A DNA stretch of 64,000 bases from a virus. A model generated the notes under the pieces. The model saw only the letters and a list, made by a program, of their open reading frames with translations, did no database searches and was not told where the DNA came from. The first letter of the stretch is position 1, and every line of letters starts with the position of its first letter. The position numbers were made by a program, and so were the translations under genes. The stretch is from IMG/VR virus record IMGVR_UViG_3300019776_000212, positions 1-64,000 of that record, one strand, 5' to 3'. Of the stretch, positions 30,736-39,560 are shown in pieces.

Positions 30736-31076
30736 ACTTTCTCCTTATAACAGGCTGCACCTGCCTTAGTTTGATATTGTGAGGGATACCAACTTACACC
30801 CCACATGGTTAACATTGCTTGTAGTTGCCTTGTATATCCCTTTCCACGCATCGCGGGGCAAGTTTCTTTATAGTAGATTTCTCCGTCTGGCATTACAATT
30901 ATACCAGAGAATCCTACACTGTGCGCAACTGATTTAAAACCTACAACTCTATGCCAGCCCTTGTGATCCTTGAAAAGCCTGATAACACTGGCGTCTGGCA
31001 TGGTGGCTTGCTTTACCAGACGCTCAAGCCCAGTGGTGCTGCACTGGTTAAGCGCAGCATATACACTTTTGTTCAT
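30732..31076 (-). CDS. GNAT-like acetyltransferase
   Basis: PAMRGKGY acetyl-CoA-binding motif, T.AG..Y. Confidence 0.5.
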   Translation of the reverse strand: MNKSVYAALNQCSTTGLERLVKQATMPDASVIRLFKDHKGWHRVVGFKSVAHSVGFSGIIVMPDGEIYYKETCPAMRGKGYTRQLQAMLTMWGVSWYPSQYQTKAGAACYKEKV

Positions 31077-31291
31077 ACAACCTTATCCACCAAATCATCA
31101 TCAAACCACCACTTACGAGTTATGTGGCCCTCCACACTTTCAAGTGTAAGTTCGTTACTGTGAGCGTACCCGTAATCTTTACGTTCGATTTCAATGATAC
31201 GTAATTTAAACTTACATGGTCTGCTATCCCACAGCATTTGCACGTTAACTTCCTCACCAACTTTAAGATTTTGAACTTTAACTTTCATAAC

Positions 31292-32005
31292 TTACCCCTT
31301 GGCAATCAAAGATACATGTTTCTTGCTTACACCATGGGCTGTAAAGCCGATGATATAATACCTTTGGGACACTTGGCAAAGCCCGCAAGTTGCACAGCTT
31401 ACTTTGTCGTTGTATTCAGCCGGGCAACGTACAACTTTGTTGCCAGCTGGGGTGTAGCGTACCTTTGGATTATCCTCAGCCAATGGCATGATAACGACAA
31501 CCGGGGCGATATTCAAAGCTTTCAATTCGTCGGCATGTTGCATGTTGTTGCCGGAAAGGTTGACAGTGAAACCTTCGATGTTTGCGGACTTGATAACCTC
31601 TCGGTTCAAGTTGGCTACAGTGTCACCGTGGCCGCCAATCACATTGTAATGCGTGTAAGTGAAACCCTTGCGGCCTTTGTTCGCCCTTACCAGCTCGCCA
31701 ACCTTAGAGGCGTCGAGAGTGTCAACACCGTTGAATGTTTTGAAGCCCGGCAAGTCACCAGCCTGATTATGGCGCCACAGGCTACCCTTGCGAATGGCAC
31801 GCACTGCCAGTAGGAAGTGTCCCCAGTCGGTGCCACGTTTGCCCTCAGTCACTGCCTTCCAGTGGATGTTAGACGGACCGCCCGAGGCGTAGCAACCCTT
31901 TGCCTTTAGAGGGCAAGCATCTGGGCAAGTGTCTTTGTGAGAAGTGGACACTGGAATTGGACCGGTCTTAACGTTGCTGGAAACTGGAGTCAGATGGTAG
32001 TTCAT
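31292..32005 (-). CDS. Cys-rich conserved phage protein (gp88-like, possibly Fe-S binding)
   Basis: TCPDACP...GCYA, RHNQAGD, FTYTH, CPA...SCATCGLC. Confidence 0.6.
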   Translation of the reverse strand: MNYHLTPVSSNVKTGPIPVSTSHKDTCPDACPLKAKGCYASGGPSNIHWKAVTEGKRGTDWGHFLLAVRAIRKGSLWRHNQAGDLPGFKTFNGVDTLDASKVGELVRANKGRKGFTYTHYNVIGGHGDTVANLNREVIKSANIEGFTVNLSGNNMQHADELKALNIAPVVVIMPLAEDNPKVRYTPAGNKVVRCPAEYNDKVSCATCGLCQVSQRYYIIGFTAHGVSKKHVSLIAKG

Positions 32006-32531
32006 TGCGTCGTTCCTTTCAGTGGCTTGGGGCTTACCCCCTTTCTTGACGCCCATTCTACAGGATTGGTTTAGGACGTCAAGCACCTGTGCGAATTATT
32101 TTAGATATTTTTCTGTATAAACCAAAGCACAACCACACACCCCAGAGCCCACTTGAACTGGCTTGGGGTAAGCCTTGGCATCGCCATCCGTACACGGGCA
32201 GACCATGGCACCTTGTGCGTGCAATCAATCTGCACAGGCTCAGGCCCTTTGAGCTTGGCGATACGCTTAGCTAACGCCTGCTGCCTACCCTCTAAGATTG
32301 CCCTAAGGTCAAAGTAGTCATCCGCATCCATCTGGCCAGACTGAGACTCAAGCTCTGACAACAGCTTGTCTAAGTGGTCTGCCTGTTCTGCCGTTGGGTC
32401 TATCCGATAGCGTAGGGGCTTTGGTGGCTTGGGCTCTTTTGCATTCTCAACCCAACTGGGCAAGCGTTGACGTCTGGCCATACATAGTCCTCAGGTGTAA
32501 AAATGCCCCGGTGTTAACCGGGGCTTGGGCA

Positions 32532-32831
32532 TTATCGAGAGTTCAGCAGGTAGTTGATATGTTCGGCGGTTACCCAACCGGCCTCCACCTTTGGTGAGAC
32601 TTTAAAACCGTCCGTTGCATTGCACACGCTGGCATTGCTGACCCCCAAGGCTTCGACAAGGGACATGTAAATGTCCCCTTTCACAGGGTGAACCGAGCAT
32701 CCTGTCAGAATGACAAGCAGGGCCATCTGTTCAGCCGTAAGGCCCAGAATGTCGAAAGTTTCTGGCTTGGCTTCTGAGATAACCACCAACTCGGTTACCG
32801 CAGCACGGGCTTTGTTCTTGACTACTTCCAC
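32532..32831 (-). CDS. early protein, paralog of 32846-33157
   Basis: AVTE.V...EAKP.TFD..GL...Q.A.L shared. Confidence 0.7.
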   Translation of the reverse strand: MEVVKNKARAAVTELVVISEAKPETFDILGLTAEQMALLVILTGCSVHPVKGDIYMSLVEALGVSNASVCNATDGFKVSPKVEAGWVTAEHINYLLNSR

Positions 32832-32845
32832 ATTCTTTCTCCTTG

Positions 32846-33157
32846 TTAAAACTCTTTGCCGAATTCCGCCACGCAGTTATCCACGTGGGTTTTAGTGATT
32901 TCAAGATTCTGGCCTCCGTTACTGGGACTCTTGTTCAGGTCGAAAAAGAAGTTATTGGGAAGTCCCGCCAACTTCCTCATACCCTCATAAAGGGCATAGC
33001 TCTGCTTGTTGTCACCGCAAGTGCGTGCAACGGACATGATCAACACGGCCAACTGCGCTTCACTCAAACCTGTGAGGTCAAAGGTAGCGGGCTTGGCTTC
33101 TGTTACAGTTACAATTTCAGTTACTGCTGGAGTTGCTTGATGTTTGGTCAGTTGCAT
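32846..33157 (-). CDS. early protein, paralog of 32532-32831
   Basis: Shared N-terminal motif; GGAG RBS. Confidence 0.7.
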   Translation of the reverse strand: MQLTKHQATPAVTEIVTVTEAKPATFDLTGLSEAQLAVLIMSVARTCGDNKQSYALYEGMRKLAGLPNNFFFDLNKSPSNGGQNLEITKTHVDNCVAEFGKEF

Positions 33158-33629
33158 AATTACTCCCCTTGTTCAGTTTGGCGGCGAATGTCACGGCCAG
33201 CACGTTTCGACTTGTCAGCTTTACGCAGTTCTTTCTGTGCTGCGCGGTATTCACGGTCGCTTGCGAAGTCCGAGGCTTTGAGTTGACGCATTTTGTTTCT
33301 TCCTTTGTGTGTGTAGAGGTGTGTAGTATGTCTGCTATAAGGACTGCTGTCAAGCAATCCCTATAACAAATTTTCTACTTACGTGGTGCCAGTGTGAGGA
33401 CACCAGCATACTGCCCGGTATTGGCAAGTTGCACCTGCCAGCCCAAGCTTTTACGGCACACCCCAGCAGCGCGGAGGGCTTCATAGATGGCACTCATGCC
33501 GCCACCGTAGTTGAACTGACCCACCACATTAAGCAGCAATTCAGCTTCATGTGCGGACAGATTGAGTGTTACGCTGCCAGCTTCCACAACTACTGTACGA
33601 TCAGGGTTTTTGATTGCAGTTGCCATGTC

Positions 33630-33941
33630 TCAACCCTCTTTAGTTTGTTTGTCGAATCGATACTCAATACCGGCTACCTTTGCATAGGTGAGGGTGTCGA
33701 GATTGATAGTACGGAATGCGTCAGCCGCACCAACATCCGCTACAGTGTAAAGCTCTGGCTTGTGTGCAGTAGTGGACTTTTCACGCTTGTTCTTGTCACC
33801 GCTTGCGAGCATACGCTCTACAAACTTCTTGCACTGCATCTTACGGATGCTGCCGTCTTTCTTCACGAATTCAACAGCAAACATCTGACCTTTTGCAGAG
33901 TCGAGAATTGCGCGCTTACGTTCGATAGTTACGACTGCCAT
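33630..33941 (-). CDS. WYL/SH3-like phage protein
   Basis: F.VEFVKKDGSIRKM...D....FRTI. Confidence 0.55.
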   Translation of the reverse strand: MAVVTIERKRAILDSAKGQMFAVEFVKKDGSIRKMQCKKFVERMLASGDKNKREKSTTAHKPELYTVADVGAADAFRTINLDTLTYAKVAGIEYRFDKQTKEG

Positions 33942-34894
33942 TTTTTTTTTGTGTTACTCCGTTGCTTTCTGATGTTTGTCATTCTACAGCGTTGTGGCTA
34001 GGTGTCAAGCTTTTATTTGTGCCTTATTGCCCTCGGTTGTACAGTTGTTTGATCAGGACTTCGAACCACTGCACTTTGTAGGCATGGCATTTTGGGCAGG
34101 TAAGGCCACCTTCTGCCCTCATCTGTTTGAACTCTGGGTCAGTGCGAGCCAGAAGGCCACTAATGGAGATTGAGGTGTTCACCCCGCCCACTTTGTGTTC
34201 ATAGTGGGCGCCCATTTCATTTGAGATTTCACGCTTGGCGTTTTCACGCTCAGCGTTCGACAACTTACCTTCTGCAAACATACCGTCAAGTACGTGGCAC
34301 AGGTAGCTGCCCGGTCTGTAGGCTGGGCTTGAAAGGGCGGCACGCAGTACCTTGGAAGTGCGGCGAACTTTTGGGAGCGCCATTACTTAGCCCCCTTGCG
34401 GATCACCAGAACGGGTGAGCCACTGATATTGTGCACGGTGCTCATCACTTCTTTACGTTGGCGGCTGCTGGCGTGAACGTCTACACCCCAGCGACGTACG
34501 GCCATCGCACCGTTATCTACAGCTTTGCCGAACGCACGGGCAGCAGAACGGGATTTGAATTGAATTTGCATGATACTCTCCGTTGTAGGCTTGATTGCCT
34601 TGTGTGGTAAAGATTCTAATCAATGCTGCTAACCTTGTCAACAGCATTTGTTAAAAGCTTTACTCAACCGTACACCAATTGTCTGTTCCGTAGTACTGGT
34701 GCACGAACCATTCGCAATCGTCGAGGAAATCGGCCACTCCGTGCTCTTCCCAGTGAATCACGATCTTACCATCTTCACCACGTTTGATCGTATATACGAT
34801 CTCATGGTCGTCACCTTGTGCAGTGAAGCGGTAACCGTCTGGTACATGGCTATTGTCAATGTTTCGTGTCATGTTGTCAACTCCTTACTCAGAT

Positions 34895-35383
34895 TCATTT
34901 GTTTTCTACCCAGAAAAGGCGGTCAAGTGTTTCGTCCTTTGGACGGCTCAGCAGGTAACGGCCTGCCATATTGGTGCGGCGGTTCGTTGTCTTGCTAAGC
35001 AGCTCTACTGTACCATCTGGATTTTTGATTGCCAAGCGGTATTTGTTAGGCTTTACAACAAGGCCAACGTCTGGCCCCTTCCAACGTGCAACAGGGTGTG
35101 CACCAGTTTTAAGGCACCACTGTTTCCACACTGGCCCGTGACCGTGACCCGGCCCTGCCAGAGCGTGTGCCACTTCATGCTTGATCGTATCCACTACCAG
35201 CTCTTCGCTGTTGTTCTCAACGTAGAAGGTGCCAAGCTCGATTTGCTTCTTAGTGTAGCAGCACTGGCCCAGACGGCGAGTGGTGCGATTATTGAATACA
35301 CCTTTCCAACCTTGAGCCCGTAGTCCCCACTTTTCCAGCTCTTGGATGAGGATGCGAGCCGCGTCTGCCTTATTCATTTGCAT
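34895..35383 (-). CDS. SprT-like zinc metalloprotease
   Basis: RLGQC, DTIKHEVAH, GHGPVWK. Confidence 0.85.
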   Translation of the reverse strand: MQMNKADAARILIQELEKWGLRAQGWKGVFNNRTTRRLGQCCYTKKQIELGTFYVENNSEELVVDTIKHEVAHALAGPGHGHGPVWKQWCLKTGAHPVARWKGPDVGLVVKPNKYRLAIKNPDGTVELLSKTTNRRTNMAGRYLLSRPKDETLDRLFWVENK

Positions 35384-35429
35384 CTCCGTTGTCTTGATGA
35401 GGTATATTCTACAGGGTTCTGATAAGCTG

Positions 35430-35789
35430 TCAACCGATATCAAAGAAGATTTCGTCATTCTCTGCATAGATGGAACGTGGCCCCATCGCCTTTGCAATCT
35501 CGTGAAGCTTGTCGCCAACGTCACCCCAACCACGATCCCAAAAACCCGTCCCGTGCCCGTTACGGGAAAGCCAGAGGTTGTGACCGATATCCGACCAATC
35601 AAGGTCAAGACGTTCAAGGATTTCAGCAGCATCGGAAACAAACTTTGCAGCAACTTCCTTTGCCTCTTCGATTGCTGCGAGTGACCAGCTTGCACAAGTG
35701 TAGTCACCTTCACACCCGTCAGCCCATTCAGCAGTTTCACGATACTGAACAGCGATTGCGATGATTGCGGTGTCGTTGTAATGCTTCAT
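35430..35789 (-). CDS. conserved phage early protein
   Basis: GHNLWLSRNGHGTGFWDR motif; first gene of the early module. Confidence 0.7.
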   Translation of the reverse strand: MKHYNDTAIIAIAVQYRETAEWADGCEGDYTCASWSLAAIEEAKEVAAKFVSDAAEILERLDLDWSDIGHNLWLSRNGHGTGFWDRGWGDVGDKLHEIAKAMGPRSIYAENDEIFFDIG

Positions 35790-35906
35790 GTGATTTATTC
35801 CGTGTTCGTTTCTGATGTGGTCATTCTACACCGTCTAGAGAACACGTCAACAACTATTTTCAAAAAGATTTAGAGAATCTACCTATAAAGGAACGCGCAC
35901 ACGCGT

Positions 35907-36233
35907 AGCAAATACAATGCCAACATTTGTTTGCACAAAGGCTTGTTTTCGCTGTTTGTGCCTAGTATAATGGCCACAGCGGGCAACGGAGTACGGAGTA
36001 CGGAGTACGACCACCGGAGACAAACAGGGAGGGTGCCCGAGATTTAGTGTGGCACGGACTTTGCTAGGTCATAAAAATGAATGTGATTTGGTAGTTGACA
36101 GGGTATTCCGTTGGTGTAAACTGGCAGCACGTTTCAAAGCTGGCCCTCGACGGGGTCGGTGCCCATTCGCCTAAGCGCAGCCAATGCGAGGCTTGTTTGT
36201 GCCTGCCGTCTTTATGTTGGCACGAGACTTGCT
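35907..36233. promoter_or_regulatory. three sigma54 -24/-12 consensus boxes
   Basis: TGGCATTGTATTTGCT (35907-35922, -), TGGCACGGACTTTGCT (36050-36065, +), TGGCACGAGACTTGCT (36218-36233, +). Confidence 0.65.
35977..36060 (+). ncRNA. candidate GGA-rich (Rsm/Csr-binding) small RNA
   Basis: Downstream of TTGTTT-N17-TATAAT; six GGA motifs; CGGGCA/TGCCCG closing stem. Confidence 0.35.
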
Positions 36234-36870
36234 AGCTCCAAAGTGTGACTCGATCCTAGTTTCTGGTCGAAAACGTGGAACACTCAGGAATCTCCGTGGA
36301 ACAATGCTTAGCTCGCTAACTAAAATAGTTAGCCTCCTATCGAAATTGAGTAGCTCGCTAACTATCTCAACCCTCCCAGAAATATCTCCGCTCCCCCTGT
36401 GAAAAACTGTCCAGTTCCCAAATTTTAAAATCGCCCCAGTTCTAAAAATCTGTCGAGTTCCTAATTTTCCACAGACAAAGAAAAGCCCCACACTTGGCGG
36501 GGCTCCTTCTTTCAATGCAGTTGTTCACGAGGTTCCTGACTACCTCTTGCTGGCTTTCTTTACACTGTTGTCTACAGCACCTGCGGATGCTGGTATACCG
36601 ATGAACAGCCAGCACACCACGAAGAACAGGCGGCCTCCTGAACTCCAGAGCGTCAAGTCCCAGCTGAAAGGGATAAAGCCTACAACACCCCACAGGAACA
36701 GGAATACACCAAACAGCACTGAAACAAAGATAGCAAACTCACGCATCACAACTCTCCTTTTAAAATCAAGCTTATAGGGCCACCCCTAGAATCGCACGGA
36801 AAATAATCGCAGCGAATAAATAAGGGTGGCACCAATAATCGCACGGAAATAATTACAGTGCAACCAATAA

Positions 36871-37950
36871 TTAAGCTTTCTTGTACACCTTGCAGGAGTA
36901 AGTTGATTGAGTAAGTCCTTTGCGAGGCCCTTCGTAGCTGTTACGAATGCAGTCTTGTTTCTCGTACAGCTTCTTCACCCGCTCAGGGCAGTCACCTCGT
37001 CCATCATTGTAGTAGATGTGCTTGGACAGTGCAACATCCAAGTTTGCATACTCAGGGCCAACCACACCTTCACGGCGTTCAGTGATCTTGACGCTGTTGT
37101 TTTCGATCACAATACCCGGCTCTTTAGGCCCGTATTCATACTTAGGTTGGCCACCGGGGTACTCCCCAACTTTGATTTGGGTTGTCACGATGTCACTTGC
37201 AAACAAGCCAACCCACTGGCTGTCTTTCAGAGTCTCGGTGCCGTCATCACGGATGTTAACTTGTTGGGTATAACGGCCACCGTAGTAGCGGCTTTGGTTT
37301 CGTTGGTACTCAGTGTCATACAACTGTCGATGCTGAGTCCACTCAAGCTTCACCATGCCCAAGAACTGGACTTCCTTACTCTCACGGCCAAAGGTGTGTA
37401 ACTTCACCCAATCGCCCGGCATCAAATCTTTGATCTTCAAGGCTTCTTGCACTTTCTCGATCTTGACCACTGCCTTACGGTACTCTTCGGTGTGCACAGG
37501 AAGCAGTACATGCTTGTTGTCTGTACCCCATACGCACTCTTCCTGAATCACACCATTGATGATGGTGCAGTACTGCATCAGAGTGGTGAGGTTGCCCACT
37601 TCCACCTGCACCTTGAATCCACGCGGATCTTCAATTTCAATGTATGTGGCCTCAGTAGTCCAACGGCCCGCCTGCCCAACAACCTTAAAACCTTTCACTG
37701 GGATGTTGTCATAGAAGGTTTCAATACCTTCGTTTGCAGGGATTTTCGGGCCATCATACACCCACTTACCGTCCTCATACTTGGTCGGCTGGTGAGCACC
37801 GTTTCTTGCCCACTTACGCCCTGTCTCCATCTTCTTAGATGTGGCAGCATCAGGGCTGCCATCTTTCTTTGTAGTCACTTGGGTCATATACGCCAATGGC
37901 GTACGGTTCTGGTCAACTACACTCCAGATTTGGGATTCGATCTTGATCAT
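36871..37950 (-). CDS. hypothetical protein
   Basis: 359-aa ORF; IEDPRGF motif; GGAGG RBS. Confidence 0.75.
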   Translation of the reverse strand: MIKIESQIWSVVDQNRTPLAYMTQVTTKKDGSPDAATSKKMETGRKWARNGAHQPTKYEDGKWVYDGPKIPANEGIETFYDNIPVKGFKVVGQAGRWTTEATYIEIEDPRGFKVQVEVGNLTTLMQYCTIINGVIQEECVWGTDNKHVLLPVHTEEYRKAVVKIEKVQEALKIKDLMPGDWVKLHTFGRESKEVQFLGMVKLEWTQHRQLYDTEYQRNQSRYYGGRYTQQVNIRDDGTETLKDSQWVGLFASDIVTTQIKVGEYPGGQPKYEYGPKEPGIVIENNSVKITERREGVVGPEYANLDVALSKHIYYNDGRGDCPERVKKLYEKQDCIRNSYEGPRKGLTQSTYSCKVYKKA

Positions 37951-38357
37951 TTTGCGGCCTCCATTACAATGCGTTTGAATTCACGAAGTTTCTCCACTTC
38001 CTCACGAAGCTCTTGGAGTTCGGAATCCATTCGGATAATGCCTTTGGCGTAATCCACCATCTGACGATTTGATGGTGGCACAATTTCTGTCCGAGTAACG
38101 CCCCCAGAGGAGATGAGTACGAAGTTTGAGAGATGTGGGCCGTCCCCGTAAGGCTCCAAGCCAAGAATCAAAGTATCACCATCCTCGTGCCGTGTGAAGC
38201 CAACTACCTTGAATACCTCACCATCTTTGCATTGGTGGGACACCCCGCCGTCTGCCCAAGCTGCTGAAAACCCCATCCTTAAGGCTGCTCCCTTGTAAGT
38301 GGAGTAGCAGCGTCCCGAGTCAGTGACGGTAACGATATCGCCCTTTTGGTATTCCAT
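37947..38357 (-). CDS. hypothetical protein
   Basis: AAGGAG RBS, coiled-coil end. Confidence 0.65.
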   Translation of the reverse strand: MEYQKGDIVTVTDSGRCYSTYKGAALRMGFSAAWADGGVSHQCKDGEVFKVVGFTRHEDGDTLILGLEPYGDGPHLSNFVLISSGGVTRTEIVPPSNRQMVDYAKGIIRMDSELQELREEVEKLREFKRIVMEAAK

Positions 38358-38371
38358 AAAATTCTCCTTTA

Positions 38372-38893
38372 TTAGCTCCAGAATTTAGGTGAGATGCCCC
38401 ACCAGCTTTTGTTTTGAAGGGTGATCATACCACCAGCTTCCACCACTTGGCAAGGGATTGTTTTTCGGTGAGGTGCCTTTGTGATTTCACCCATCTTGTG
38501 CACCGGGTTGTGAAATTCTCCGACACGCTCTCGCATCATCTGATCGTGCAATGCGAAAGCCATAACCTCATGCGGATCTTTCTTAACCTTTACACCCTCA
38601 CGGCGCTTTCTGTCCCAGTGACGGCCACGTTGGTTGCCAGTAAACTGGCGTTCAGGGTACAGACCCGGTGCAATATCCCACTGCACTTCATCATGGTGGC
38701 TCATGCAGCGAAGTTCAAGATTGGAGAAGTCTGGGCTCTCAAGGCTGATGTAACCAATTCCGGTGCTCTTGGCCATAGCCATGCTTGCAGCACTTGCTGC
38801 AAGCTCTTCGATGTAAGCTTGCATAAAACTGCTCTTACCATTCATGCCGTAGTGAAGTCCGTACATGATGGTCTTCTGTGCTTGGCGGTCCAT
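38372..38893 (-). CDS. small protein made of DNA polymerase A motif fragments
   Basis: KTIMYGLHYGM (motif B), DFSNLELRCMSH (motif A), HDEVQW (motif C), DPHEVMA. Confidence 0.65.
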   Translation of the reverse strand: MDRQAQKTIMYGLHYGMNGKSSFMQAYIEELAASAASMAMAKSTGIGYISLESPDFSNLELRCMSHHDEVQWDIAPGLYPERQFTGNQRGRHWDRKRREGVKVKKDPHEVMAFALHDQMMRERVGEFHNPVHKMGEITKAPHRKTIPCQVVEAGGMITLQNKSWWGISPKFWS

Positions 38894-39560
38894 TACCATT
38901 TACCCTCGTAGAAGAACTTGTGAACTGGAGTTGATTCTGCGCCCTCTATACGTGGTGCTGCAAACAGTGTAACCTCTCCAGTCTCGTAGTTGGTGATCTT
39001 AACAGAGATTCTCTTGTCCTGTCTACTGTCTTCGATCAGAAACTTACCGCGTTGTGTGTAAGTTTTTACATCATAACAGATGCGGCCGCGCTTACCATTC
39101 GAGTAGAGGCCTCCTACACTCTCGCACCAACTACGTGCTTCCCACTCTACTGACTGAAATGCTGCTGCGTCCATTTGTGTAACTCCGTTGTTTGATTGAT
39201 GTACTCAGTTATCGCTTCGTTGTGTGGGTAGTATACAGGGTGCAGATATGTTGTCAACCACTAAATCACTTTTCTACAGGCAAAAGAAAGCCCGCACATG
39301 GCGGGCTAGGGGTTGGAACGTTCAGCTAGAAGAACCTCAATAAAAGCCATTCTGTCAGCAATCCATTGCCTACGTGGAGCCTTGTAAGTGACATCCATCT
39401 CAGCTTTAAGAGCCGAATATTCGGCCTTCAAATCCCTTGAACTTGTGTCCTCTAGGTGAGAGCGTTCTCTCTCATTGAGCATTAGTCATGCCTCCTATTG
39501 TTGTAAAGAGTAATCCTTTACTCTCACCATATAGTAGCACAGTCTAACGCTCAGTGTCAA

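Larger units (their letters stand above)
26932..35850 (-). promoter_or_regulatory. array of at least 12 leftward sigma70-like early promoters
   Basis: TTGAC(A/G/T)-N16/17-TAGAAT or close variants, with -10 boxes at 26932, 27291, 27815, 28386, 29549, 30225, 32055, 33325, 33981, 34613, 35406, 35823. Confidence 0.85.

Noticed and set aside
35986-36009. ACGGAGT tandem repeat, and the dispersed 31-bp element, as a CRISPR or mini-array
   Set aside because: No repeat-spacer periodicity and no cas genes in the window
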